From the IMG/VR virus record IMGVR_UViG_3300035698_006348, positions 22,464-86,463 of that record: a DNA stretch of 64,000 nucleotides, one strand, 5' to 3'. The notes below the pieces were generated by a model. The model was not told the DNA's origin, did not search any database, and saw only the letters and a list, made by a program, of their open reading frames with translations. The DNA is from a virus. Positions 18,513 through 27,390 of this stretch are shown piece by piece; the stretch's first letter is position 1, and every line of letters starts with the position of its first letter. Made by a program: the position numbers and the translations under genes.

Positions 18513-18902
18513 TTACCAAGCACCCTTCCGCTGGTTTGCATTCTGAGTACGCCAAACATCTATAATAGATTTATACATATTTAGAATATTTTGCTTCTGT
18601 TCTAAAAGTACAGAGAGAGCAACTAATTTCTTGCGTGGTTCTACAAGCTCATTGTTAATACCTAACTGTTTTATTGTATTTGTTAGGTACGTTATAGAAG
18701 GCCGTTTACCATCAATAAAGAAGTCTTTGTTTAGGTAGGCTTCCTTCATTACCTTAGCCTCTGTATTTTTTATATCCAAAGACAGTAATGAAGTCTCTAT
18801 ACTAATTGCCCCTATCTCAGTAATCAACTTCTCCATATCATCAAAATCTGGAGCTTCTAAAAGTTTACTCATAAAATTTATCAACCTTTCGTTCAATCTC
18901 AT
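18513..18902 (-). CDS. UvsY-like helical recombination-mediator candidate
   Basis: Coiled-coil, C-terminal IDVWRTQNANQR, located in recombination cluster. Confidence 0.4.
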   Translation of the reverse strand: MRLNERLINFMSKLLEAPDFDDMEKLITEIGAISIETSLLSLDIKNTEAKVMKEAYLNKDFFIDGKRPSITYLTNTIKQLGINNELVEPRKKLVALSVLLEQKQNILNMYKSIIDVWRTQNANQRKGAW

Positions 18903-19248
18903 AGAAAGTCATACAGTACTCAAACATTCTCTCTAAATACTGTATAGAATAATATGGACTCAACAATAAACATTCCTTTATAAAATATTCTACTTCAAAC
19001 GTTTTAGTAAATATAGAGTAAAAAGATAAATCAGCATCTCCTTTCGGTAAGGAAGACAAGGCACCAAAGACATTTTCCAATGTTGCATTAATCGCTGAGA
19101 TATCATCATTATAAATATAAGTTATTGTCTCTGGACTTAGCCCACAAACAAATAAACGTAAAATCTCCAATGAAGCAATATACTCTAAAATCTCTGGGTT
19201 TATTGTCGTATGTTCCTTAATATAAGTTATAAATTTTTTCCAATTCAT
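18865..19248 (-). CDS. hypothetical protein
   Basis: 127-aa ORF coupled to neighbours. Confidence 0.6.
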   Translation of the reverse strand: MNWKKFITYIKEHTTINPEILEYIASLEILRLFVCGLSPETITYIYNDDISAINATLENVFGALSSLPKGDADLSFYSIFTKTFEVEYFIKECLLLSPYYSIQYLERMFEYCMTFYEIERKVDKFYE

Positions 19249-19691
19249 TAGCTTTCGGCTATTTTATCATACATGGAATCTAACTCATCTCGTAGTTTAG
19301 TTGTATTATTCACAAGCCATATAAAATCTTCAATAGCTAGAACAACGAATTCTTGAACACCATCTGCTTTACGTGCTCCAGAAAACTTACCAACTAAAAA
19401 ACCGAGCCCCCATACACTTTTAGCTTCCATAATTATTTTATTTAGCCACTCCCGTTTAAAAGTTAATTGACTAGCACCACCATACCCAACTTTACACTCT
19501 ATTTTCATCTCTCTTGGAATTGATGGCACACTACCTTTTACATCTCCCATTAGGGCTGGCTCATCCAAAACTGTTCCTAATGCCCCAGACCCTGCTACAC
19601 GTTTAAATTTACCGTCAATAATTTCTTCATTAAATTTATCTGCAATATCCCGTTCAAACTTACTTCCTTTAACTTTCGATTTACTGACCAT
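19248..19691 (-). CDS. Holliday junction resolvase (PD-(D/E)XK)
   Basis: KGSKFERDIA, RVAGSGA, GDV, IECK. Confidence 0.8.
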   Translation of the reverse strand: MVSKSKVKGSKFERDIADKFNEEIIDGKFKRVAGSGALGTVLDEPALMGDVKGSVPSIPREMKIECKVGYGGASQLTFKREWLNKIIMEAKSVWGLGFLVGKFSGARKADGVQEFVVLAIEDFIWLVNNTTKLRDELDSMYDKIAES

Positions 19692-20986
19692 TACTTATGC
19701 TTATCTCCAAAAACTCTACAGATGTCTGCCATAAATTTAAGTTCTACAGTACCAGTTGGACCAGAGCGATTCTTTAAAATTATTGTTTCCATTATGCCCT
19801 TATCCTTTGTATTAGCATCATATAACTCATCTCTATATATTCCAATAACAATATCGGCATCCTCTTCAATATTACCTGATTGACGTAAATCGTGTAAGAC
19901 TGGCCGTTTATTATCTCTCATCTCAACACCACGATTAAGCTGTGATCCAAGAACAATTGTAATATCTAATTCTCTTGCCAATAATTTTAAATCTCTACAG
20001 ATTTGCCCAATCTCTTGTGTAGCATTTGAATCCCTTCTTGCCAATAATTGTAAGTAGTCAATGTAAACTGTTTTTAGACCCCGTGTTTTAGCAAATCTAC
20101 GTATACTACTGATAATCGCAGTCATGGATGGATCGTACTTAGCATCAATAAAGAATGGATATTCTTTTATAGTTTTTATAGCATCAGAAATCTTATTCAT
20201 TTCAATTTGAGAAAGTGTCCCTAACTTCATACTTGTTAATGAAATCCCAGTTACTGACGCTAAAACTCGTTCTATAATACTAGTCTCACTCATCTCTAAT
20301 GAGAATAATATAGATGGTACACCTAACTTAGCTTGATTATAAGCTAAAGAAGCCATGACTGAACTTTTTCCCATGCCAGGTCTTCCTGAGACTATCCATA
20401 ATTGATTTCCTGCCATACCATTTGTAGCTATATCTAATCCAGCTAGTCCAGTTGAAATACCCTGAACACCTGGATTCTCTACTCTATCACATAATTCATC
20501 CCATGATTGTTTAAGAATACTTGTTAAATCTCTCGCTCCATGAATTGAGTCTGCCTCTAAAGAATCTAATTCTCTCTTATACTTATAAATAACAGAATCA
20601 ACATCCTCTGTTATTCTTATTTCTTCGTTGACACCTGATGAAAGCGAAATAATTTTTCTTGCTTTATACGAGCTAACAACTACTCTCTCATATTCCATTA
20701 GGTTATTTTCATTATATTCTAATGAATAAATATGTTGTATATAACCATTTCCACCTACAGAAGCTAAAAGATTCTTAGATTCTAAATGAACAGAAACAAG
20801 CTCTGTATCAGGTACAAGACCATCTAAAATAAGGTCTGCTAACGTACTAAATAATAATTGATTTGGTGAAGAAGAAAACATATACGACTTTACTGCACTA
20901 AGTGTAAAAAACATATCTTTATTTCTAAACACCAAATTTATAAGAGCCAATTCAGCATCAGAAGAAAATAGGTTATTACTCATCAA
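19691..20986 (-). CDS. dnaB: replicative DNA helicase DnaB
   Basis: GRPGMGKS, FSLEMS, IDYLQL, SQLNR, DLRQSGNIEEDAD, KNRSGPTG. Confidence 0.95.
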   Translation of the reverse strand: MMSNNLFSSDAELALINLVFRNKDMFFTLSAVKSYMFSSSPNQLLFSTLADLILDGLVPDTELVSVHLESKNLLASVGGNGYIQHIYSLEYNENNLMEYERVVVSSYKARKIISLSSGVNEEIRITEDVDSVIYKYKRELDSLEADSIHGARDLTSILKQSWDELCDRVENPGVQGISTGLAGLDIATNGMAGNQLWIVSGRPGMGKSSVMASLAYNQAKLGVPSILFSLEMSETSIIERVLASVTGISLTSMKLGTLSQIEMNKISDAIKTIKEYPFFIDAKYDPSMTAIISSIRRFAKTRGLKTVYIDYLQLLARRDSNATQEIGQICRDLKLLARELDITIVLGSQLNRGVEMRDNKRPVLHDLRQSGNIEEDADIVIGIYRDELYDANTKDKGIMETIILKNRSGPTGTVELKFMADICRVFGDKHK

Positions 20987-21395
20987 ATGGACTCCTAAAT
21001 CTTAATTTACGGCGTAACTGTTTATCAATTTTTTCAAACACTTTATCAACATCTACAACTGGATTTCTATCATTGTATGCATCATCTACATATTCTGATA
21101 ATCGTCTTTTGCATATATATGATAGTAATGGGTAACAATTCTCTTTTGGATTAAACTGCTTAACAAAAGCTAAATCAACTATAGATAAAAAAACATTTTT
21201 TCTTCCAAAAAGTTTAACCAACTTAGCAACTTGTGGAATCAACTTAGCATCGAATGGCAAAGAGAAGATTTGAGCATATAGTCCAACTAGAAAACTAGCT
21301 GGGTTCTTAGCATCAGCTAATCTATCATAAAAAACAGTGACAATATTCTCGTCCATACACACCTTACTGTGGAGAGAGATTATCTCTCTCCACAA
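20976..21395 (-). CDS. hypothetical protein (upstream of helicase)
   Basis: 139-aa ORF overlapping dnaB start. Confidence 0.6.
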   Translation of the reverse strand: MWREIISLHSKVCMDENIVTVFYDRLADAKNPASFLVGLYAQIFSLPFDAKLIPQVAKLVKLFGRKNVFLSIVDLAFVKQFNPKENCYPLLSYICKRRLSEYVDDAYNDRNPVVDVDKVFEKIDKQLRRKLRFRSPFDE

Positions 21396-21404
21396 ATTTA
21401 TTTA

Positions 21405-22226
21405 CTAAAGTTCTAATAGTTTATTTGCAATATCTTCTGCATCTGATTTAGAAATACTTGCCTGAATTTCAGCTTTCTTAAATTCAGCGTCTTCTTTTGG
21501 AAGAGCTGGCTCAGTGGAACGAGCGGCAAATATATCCCGTAATTGTACTCCACGTAACAAATCTTCAATCTCTGGTCGAGTCAATGAAATGGCGGCTGAA
21601 TCATGGGAGAATAGCTCAGCCACAGGCATATTTACAACTTCTCCTCTAGTACCAAGGTCTGCAACAACCATTGTATTCTTAGTTCTTCCAGCTCCAGTAA
21701 CTACGAATTTAATATCATAATTATTCAAGCCAATTTTTTCTCCATCTTCTTTACGTGTATTTTCATCAACAATAACAATCTGCTGAGTTAACGTTGGACC
21801 AACTGTAATAAGACCAATAACATTAATCGGACCAGGAGCTACACCAGCTAACATTGCATTACATGATGGGCAAGCCCCAGGAATGTTTCCATTTTCTTGT
21901 GCTTTCACAGCAGAATTACAAGATGGGCAAATTTTTCCGACTGTTCTATCTAAGCCATTAAATACAAATCTTTGTTGTCGTGGAGAGTACCCAGTGATAT
22001 CTCTAAAGTTACTTGGATTCTCAAGAATAATCCGTTTATTATTTCTACAAACTGGACAATCCTCACCAATACATTTTACTGGATATTTTCTATTTACAAA
22101 GTGCTGGAAATACTCAGTAGCATTTGGATCCAAAATCCGTATATTATGCTCTCCAGCATTCAATCTAATATAATTAGTTTTCTTAAATTCTTTACGTTCT
22201 TCTTGCTTTGTAATATTTGCAAACAT
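21405..22226 (-). CDS. single-stranded DNA-binding protein (gp32-like) with Zn ribbons
   Basis: IRL..GEHNIRIL, QHFV..C....CPVC, YDIKFVVTG.G..T; position beside RecA and helicase. Confidence 0.65.
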   Translation of the reverse strand: MFANITKQEERKEFKKTNYIRLNAGEHNIRILDPNATEYFQHFVNRKYPVKCIGEDCPVCRNNKRIILENPSNFRDITGYSPRQQRFVFNGLDRTVGKICPSCNSAVKAQENGNIPGACPSCNAMLAGVAPGPINVIGLITVGPTLTQQIVIVDENTRKEDGEKIGLNNYDIKFVVTGAGRTKNTMVVADLGTRGEVVNMPVAELFSHDSAAISLTRPEIEDLLRGVQLRDIFAARSTEPALPKEDAEFKKAEIQASISKSDAEDIANKLLEL

Positions 22227-22232
22227 AGTTGC

Positions 22233-22511
22233 TTACTCCTCTTTCTTTATAATGTTGCCTAATGTGGTCACAGCCGTTTCTTCCAAAATGGCTTTTGCCT
22301 TATCTCTGGGCATTGTCTTTGTCAGTTCTAAAATCTCATTATATTTTATAGCTCTTCCCTCCATTCGTAAAAGTAAGTGCGTTGCTAAAGCCTCAATGTA
22401 TTCATCATCAAGTACTTTATCCTCTGGAATATTTGAAATTTCATCGTACAATTCCAGGTTTTGAAAACTACCTAAACTATAAATCCTTTTTACCCTGATT
22501 GTCCGTTCCAT
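22233..22511 (-). CDS. hypothetical protein
   Basis: RIYSLGSFQN motif, RBS present. Confidence 0.6.
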   Translation of the reverse strand: MERTIRVKRIYSLGSFQNLELYDEISNIPEDKVLDDEYIEALATHLLLRMEGRAIKYNEILELTKTMPRDKAKAILEETAVTTLGNIIKKEE

Positions 22512-23544
22512 CCTTACTTACCTCCTTTTCTTCCTCAATAGGCTCTTCAATTAACTTCTCTGTTATACAATAATTATAACATAATTTTGTAATATTGTCA
22601 AGATGACTTTTGTCACTATTTAAGGCTGTCACTGTTTTTGTTACACCGTGTCCTAAAACCTCACCTTCAAATGCAATATAACTACCCCTTTTATCTAAAA
22701 TTCCTTGCATAAGAGCAAACTCTACTAAGTCCATTGTATTATCAATTCCAGTCCCAAAAAACATTGGAAACTTGAAAGCTTTGAATGGAACGGAAAGTTT
22801 ATTTTTCTTTATTACAAAATTTGTATACGCCCCAATAATAATCTTATCATCTTTAGGGTCTTTTATCTTTGCACCTTGTGTCAACTGAATTACTAGTGAA
22901 TCATAATGCTTTAGAGCATTCCCACCAGTTCTAGCAAACCCACCAAAAAAGCTTCCAATATTTGCTCTAATTTGATTTACAAAAACAACCGCGGTGTTTG
23001 AAGCACGTATTCCAAATGAATTACGCCTCAAAAATTGAGTAAGCAATCTGCTAACAAGAGCAATATTTGCATCGCCTAAATCTTTTTCTTTTTCTTTCTC
23101 TGGAGCAAGTGCTCCAACAGAATCCAGTACTATTAAATCAAACTCTTTTGAAGTTATCCCATATTCACAAATCTGTAGTGCCTGTTCACCAGTCTCTGGC
23201 TGTATAAGAACAAACCTTTCAAAATCAGTTATACCAGAGATAGTTGTGATATATTTATGATCTATTGCGTTTTCTTGGTCAACATATAAAACTTTGCCAC
23301 TACAATTCTTTGCTATTGATAAGCATAAGGTTGTCTTTGCAGATGATTCTGGACCGTATATCTCAGTTATTCTACCCCGTGGAATTCCACCTATACCTGT
23401 TGATATATCTAAAGATACAGAACCTGTCTGTATAACTTCAAGTGGTCTATCATCATAAATCATTTCTTTAAGTGTTTCTTCACTGTAGGTTTTATTCAGT
23501 AGACCCATAAAACTTAGAGCTCCCTGTTTTTTAGCTTTTGCCAT
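22477..23544 (-). CDS. recA: RecA recombinase
   Basis: TGSVSLD..TGIGGIPRGRITEIYGPESSAKTT, QPETGEQAL, LDSV, FVNQIR, GGNALK. Confidence 0.93.
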   Translation of the reverse strand: MAKAKKQGALSFMGLLNKTYSEETLKEMIYDDRPLEVIQTGSVSLDISTGIGGIPRGRITEIYGPESSAKTTLCLSIAKNCSGKVLYVDQENAIDHKYITTISGITDFERFVLIQPETGEQALQICEYGITSKEFDLIVLDSVGALAPEKEKEKDLGDANIALVSRLLTQFLRRNSFGIRASNTAVVFVNQIRANIGSFFGGFARTGGNALKHYDSLVIQLTQGAKIKDPKDDKIIIGAYTNFVIKKNKLSVPFKAFKFPMFFGTGIDNTMDLVEFALMQGILDKRGSYIAFEGEVLGHGVTKTVTALNSDKSHLDNITKLCYNYCITEKLIEEPIEEEKEVSKDGTDNQGKKDL

Positions 23545-23553
23545 TAGACTCCT

Positions 23554-25431
23554 TTACTTTATCCAAAAATCTTCTATTTTCGAGCTAACCTCTGCTGGAA
23601 TTTTACCAAGAAAAGGTTGCTCTGCTTCTTTCATACTCTTAGCTATAAATGCTTCTGCCTCCTCAGCTATATCTTCTTTTACAAGACAAGATACTTCGTC
23701 ATGAACAGTCAAAATAATTCGTAAATCCTTTCCAAATGGATTATCATAAAAAATATTACAGATAGCAATTTTCATAATATCTGCACCAGTTCCCTGAATA
23801 ACAGTATTGAATGCTTGTCTGCGTAAACTACTTATATGCTTATCCCTCTCTTTATACCCATCAACTCCAGGAAAAAATGTTTTCTTTGGAAGGTATCTAC
23901 GTCTTCCAAGAAGTGTAGAAGTATATCCTATCTCTACTGCTTTGTCTTCAACAACGTCTTTCACTAAAAATAATGTTGGATGCCCAGCTTTATATTTATT
24001 TAGGTAATCTCTAGCCAATTGAACACTAAAGCCAAAATTATGTGCTAGACCATATTCTGTAGAACCATAAATCAAAGCAAAATTATAACCCTTAGCAATC
24101 GTTCTCTGTTCTTTTGTTACTTCCTCATATGGAGTTTCAAATATCAAACTAGCAGAGGTTGTATGTAAATCAAGATTATTTACGTAAGCAAATATCATGA
24201 TTGCTTCTTTTGTAAAATTAGCTGTTATCCGTAGCTCTTGTTGAGAATAATCAATAGTAATTATTTTATATCCTTTTGGTGCTCTAAAACAAGAACGATA
24301 ACTTATATCTGCTGGAATATTTTGTAAGTTTGGATTAGACGAACTGAATCTTCCAGTATGAGCGATTAGCTGATTAAAATTGGCATGTAAATTTCCTGTA
24401 GAGGGCTCAATATTCTCAATAAACTCTTCTCCATAAGTGGAGACAAGTTTTGCAAATTCTCTGTATTGTAGTAAATGCCCTATAAACTTATTCCCTTCTC
24501 TGAATGGTTTTAGATACTTTGCTCCAGTAGACTTTAACAATAAGCCAGTATCAGCTAATGCCAACTTTATTTGAACGTGAGACCCTGGATTGAAAGCATA
24601 TTTGAAATAAGACCTAATTGCCTCTGGCTTAGTAATATTTACTAAAACCTCTCTTGCTTTTTTCGTCTTTGCTCCAGCAATCTTATATCTATCTGCTACT
24701 TGTAAAGCAGAATCAAAGTTTTCTAATTGTAGCATGTCAGTTAGAGATTCAAGAGCTAATTCTTTTTGTTCAATTGCTTGTGGCTCAGCTTTTTCTAATA
24801 AAGCTAACCAAGCTTCTTTATCAAATGGAACACCTTTTATTTCCATATCAACAACTACAGGTAGTAATCTCATTTCTAAGTCCATTACTTGACCAAATTG
24901 TGCAATAAGCTCACTCTGAATCTCATAAATCTCTGTAGTGTATTTTACATCAAGAGCGGAGTATTGTAATTGATCTGAAGTTAATTCAGTCAATTCTCCA
25001 AGCTCATAAAATTCTTTTCTAACAGACTTATCTATTTCTACACCTAAGTATTTTAAATATAAATCTCCCATAGAATAAAATCGTTTTGAATCTTCGGCAC
25101 CATTTCTTAAAATGGTTTCTGCATACATTGTACAGTATAATTTTTTTAGAAGTATACCAGTCTTAGCAAAGATTACAGAGACATCAAATTTTATATTGTG
25201 CCCTATAACAAATTTATTTTCTATAAGAGCGATAAGATAATTAATATTTTTAAATTTTAAACAATCGAAAACAAATATTTTATCTCCAATTCCTATTTGT
25301 ATAACATACAACTTACAAGTAATAGGATTTAATGAGCTAGTTTCCACATCAAGAACAACCTTACTATACTTACAGCAGTAATCAATAAAAGTCCCCATTT
25401 GAATAACATCTGTAATTTCTATAAATTCCAT
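23554..25431 (-). CDS. polA: family A DNA polymerase with 3'-5' exonuclease domain
   Basis: DVET, GHNIKFD, YSALD; TGRFSSSNPNLQNIP, DYSQQELR, AKGYNFALIYG, TVHDE. Confidence 0.95.
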   Translation of the reverse strand: MEFIEITDVIQMGTFIDYCCKYSKVVLDVETSSLNPITCKLYVIQIGIGDKIFVFDCLKFKNINYLIALIENKFVIGHNIKFDVSVIFAKTGILLKKLYCTMYAETILRNGAEDSKRFYSMGDLYLKYLGVEIDKSVRKEFYELGELTELTSDQLQYSALDVKYTTEIYEIQSELIAQFGQVMDLEMRLLPVVVDMEIKGVPFDKEAWLALLEKAEPQAIEQKELALESLTDMLQLENFDSALQVADRYKIAGAKTKKAREVLVNITKPEAIRSYFKYAFNPGSHVQIKLALADTGLLLKSTGAKYLKPFREGNKFIGHLLQYREFAKLVSTYGEEFIENIEPSTGNLHANFNQLIAHTGRFSSSNPNLQNIPADISYRSCFRAPKGYKIITIDYSQQELRITANFTKEAIMIFAYVNNLDLHTTSASLIFETPYEEVTKEQRTIAKGYNFALIYGSTEYGLAHNFGFSVQLARDYLNKYKAGHPTLFLVKDVVEDKAVEIGYTSTLLGRRRYLPKKTFFPGVDGYKERDKHISSLRRQAFNTVIQGTGADIMKIAICNIFYDNPFGKDLRIILTVHDEVSCLVKEDIAEEAEAFIAKSMKEAEQPFLGKIPAEVSSKIEDFWIK

Positions 25432-25466
25432 ATACTCTCCTTTCACTGTTTGTTATTGTGTACATA

Positions 25467-25495
25467 ATTATAACATACTTTTACTAAAAAGTCAA
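25467..25495 (-). promoter_or_regulatory. leftward sigma70-type promoter L1
   Basis: Minus strand TTGACT-17bp-TATAAT with extended TG. Confidence 0.8.
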
Positions 25496-25500
25496 GGTTT

Positions 25501-25516
25501 ATTAGAAAACTCTAAT
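25501..25516. promoter_or_regulatory. palindromic operator candidate ATTAGA-N4-TCTAAT (copy 1)
   Basis: Perfect inverted repeat between divergent promoters; near-identical copy at 25690-25705. Confidence 0.55.
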
Positions 25517-25532
25517 GTTAGGTAATAACTTA

Positions 25533-25561
25533 TTGACAAATTGATAAAAATATGGTATAAT
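25533..25561 (+). promoter_or_regulatory. rightward sigma70-type promoter R1
   Basis: TTGACA-17bp-TATAAT with extended TG. Confidence 0.85.
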
Positions 25562-25644
25562 CTATAAGTACTAACAAACAATAACTAATTAAAGATTAAA
25601 GATAAGTAATAGCAGAAAATGTTTTTAATCTAATCACTGTATAT

Positions 25645-25673
25645 ATTATAACACACTTCTTCTAAAAAGTCAA
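25645..25673 (-). promoter_or_regulatory. leftward sigma70-type promoter L2
   Basis: Minus strand TTGACT-17bp-TATAAT with extended TG. Confidence 0.8.
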
Positions 25674-25689
25674 GGGTTAATGCAGTTAC

Positions 25690-25705
25690 ATTAGAAAACT
25701 CTCAT
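25690..25705. promoter_or_regulatory. operator candidate copy 2 (ATTAGAAAACTCTCAT)
   Basis: 15/16 identical to copy 1, same position between divergent promoters. Confidence 0.5.
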
Positions 25706-25721
25706 AAATCTACTTGTACCC

Positions 25722-25750
25722 TTGACAAATATTGAAAAGTGTGTTATAAT
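25722..25750 (+). promoter_or_regulatory. rightward sigma70-type promoter R2
   Basis: TTGACA-17bp-TATAAT with extended TG. Confidence 0.85.
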
Positions 25751-25852
25751 AGTACTATAAGTAATTAAGTACTTAAACATTAAATACTTAAAGATTAACC
25801 ATTAAAAGAAAGTAACTAAGTAATTGCGGAAAAAATCCGCATGGAGAAAATA

Positions 25853-26065
25853 ATGTCTAAATATAAATGTTCCATCTGTCATAAAGAATTTACAAATGTT
25901 TTGATGGCAGATAGTTGTGAAAAGAGTCATGATATTATGTATGTTCCATTAACAAAGGCAGATATTCTTCGCTTAATTCAGTTTATTATAACAAAAGATG
26001 AGAAATTACTAACTGAATCATTGGTAACAACTTTACAGAAATATTCATCTACTCTGAATAAATAA
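25853..26065 (+). CDS. small Zn-finger protein
   Basis: YKCSICHKEF....A..CEKSH; GGAG RBS. Confidence 0.65.
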   Translation: MSKYKCSICHKEFTNVLMADSCEKSHDIMYVPLTKADILRLIQFIITKDEKLLTESLVTTLQKYSSTLNK

Positions 26066-26106
26066 TAGCCACCATATAGCGTGCACTATAAAAAGAGGTA
26101 ATCCAT

Positions 26107-26322
26107 GTGAAAGTTATATGTCCTATTTGTGATAAAGAGATACTAAAGACTGATTCTAAGCAGATTGTAGCTATTGATCGTCCAGATAAGATGAATATAT
26201 TCTGCCACCTATCATGTATAAATAATACAAATTTGGAGGAATATCTAAAAGATAATAAAAACTATACTAAATTCCTTTCTATACATACTGCTAGGAAAAT
26301 AAAAATAAATATGAAAAAATAG
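26107..26322 (+). CDS. small Zn-binding protein
   Basis: CPIC...HLSC; GAGG RBS, GTG start. Confidence 0.6.
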   Translation: MKVICPICDKEILKTDSKQIVAIDRPDKMNIFCHLSCINNTNLEEYLKDNKNYTKFLSIHTARKIKINMKK

Positions 26323-26328
26323 TAATAT

Positions 26329-26358
26329 TTGACAAAATGTGCACTTTCATGGTATAAT
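26329..26358 (+). promoter_or_regulatory. sigma70-type promoter for microprotein/tRNA cluster
   Basis: TTGACA-18bp-TATAAT with extended TG. Confidence 0.75.
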
Positions 26359-26378
26359 TAAGATAGTGGAGAAAATAA

Positions 26379-26507
26379 ATGACAGAAAAAGATGAGGTTG
26401 AAGAGGTAGAGGAAGAATGTTGCCCTGAATGTGGATCCCCATACTATGTAAAAAATGGTAGATGCTCAACATGTTTATCTTGTGGATTTTCTCTATGTGG
26501 TATTTAA
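26379..26507 (+). CDS. 42-aa Cys-rich microprotein resembling NrdJ C-terminal tail (not in ORF track)
   Basis: MTEKDEVEEVEEECCPECGSPYYVKNGRCSTCLSCGFSLCGI; GGAG RBS directly after promoter. Confidence 0.7.
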   Translation: MTEKDEVEEVEEECCPECGSPYYVKNGRCSTCLSCGFSLCGI

Positions 26508-26608
26508 AACTATACCGTTTACTTTCATTTGACCAAACTTGTAGAGCTTGTGGATCAATTATTACTGGGCATAGAAAATACTGTCCTGTTTGTGGGGCAA
26601 GAATCTAA
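26495..26608 (+). CDS. 37-aa zinc-ribbon microprotein (not in ORF track)
   Basis: MWYLKLYRLLSFDQTCRACGSIITGHRKYCPVCGARI; CxxC...CxxC. Confidence 0.55.
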   Translation: MWYLKLYRLLSFDQTCRACGSIITGHRKYCPVCGARI

Positions 26609-26614
26609 TATTAT

Positions 26615-26687
26615 AGGGGCATATTTCAATTGGCAGAATACTTGCCTTGGACGCAAGTGGTTGGGGATTCAAATTCCTCTGCCCCTA
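26615..26687 (+). tRNA. tRNA-Pro (anticodon TGG), non-canonical
   Basis: Acceptor AGGGGCA/TGCCCCT, anticodon arm CTTGC-CTTGGAC-GCAAG, T loop TTCAAAT; no encoded CCA. Confidence 0.8.
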
Positions 26688-26757
26688 CTAGATGCAATAG
26701 TTCCTAAAAGCTATAGCTCCCTTTGTAAAGAGTGACAGCCTGGAGAGACAGGCATAT

Positions 26758-26832
26758 GGACAGGTAGCTCAATTAGGTAGAGCACTAATCTCCAAAATTA
26801 GTGGTTCTGGGTTCGATTCCCAGCCTGTGCCG
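26758..26832 (+). tRNA. tRNA-Trp (anticodon CCA)
   Basis: D arm GCTC/GAGC, anticodon arm CTAAT-CTCCAAA-ATTAG, T arm CTGGG-TTCGATT-CCCAG; acceptor stem has a bulge or mismatch. Confidence 0.88.
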
Positions 26833-26840
26833 CTAGACAT

Positions 26841-26913
26841 TCCTAGATAGCTCAATTGGTAGAGCGAGCGGCTGTTAACCGCTAGGTTAGTGGTTCGATT
26901 CCACTTCTGGGAG
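26841..26913 (+). tRNA. tRNA-Asn (anticodon GTT)
   Basis: Canonical cloverleaf TCCTAGA/TCTGGGA, AGCGG-CTGTTAA-CCGCT, TTCGATT T loop. Confidence 0.95.
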
Positions 26914-26915
26914 CC

Positions 26916-27390
26916 TTATCTGTATGATCAAAACCTCGGCCAGAAGCAGTACTGGTCTATACGTAAGTTCTGCGTATAATCAAAAATGCACGGGCAGTAT
27001 ATGGAAGGTCTGCCTCTGTACAGATATAATACTGTAATACACTTATGGATCATGCGTTCTTTAACGCTTCTTTTCTGTGACAAATCTCGTATATAGAAAA
27101 ATACACAGATGCATAATACAGATCATGGAGTATATTACAGTAATTCATGCTAACAACATGGCAAAACAGCCTTATGAGTTACTATGTAAGGTGAGGTTAA
27201 TCAGCAGACCTAAAGATTCGCAGACGTGCGGAAGCTGAGAAAGTTTGGGTAAGGTATCACATTTGGGTCTAGATTTAGTCTCTGCGTGAGCTTCACTAAA
27301 TGTGATACTCATTCCCAATTAAGTCCATGTTTTTCATGGCAATCCTCCCTGATCTCCAGTCTAATACTGGTGGGAGGAGACTGGTAGTCA
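26916..27390 (+). ncRNA. putative structured ncRNA(s) downstream of tRNA cluster
   Basis: No long ORF; consecutive closed domains with long stems (TATCTGTA/TACAGATA, TACTGTAATA/TATTACAGTA, GTATCACATTT/AAATGTGATAC, TCCTCCC/GGGAGGA); family not recognised. Confidence 0.5.

Noticed and set aside
26529-26735. 68-aa ORF in the track
   Set aside because: Overlaps tRNA-Pro and a better Zn-ribbon micro-ORF in another frame; no RBS
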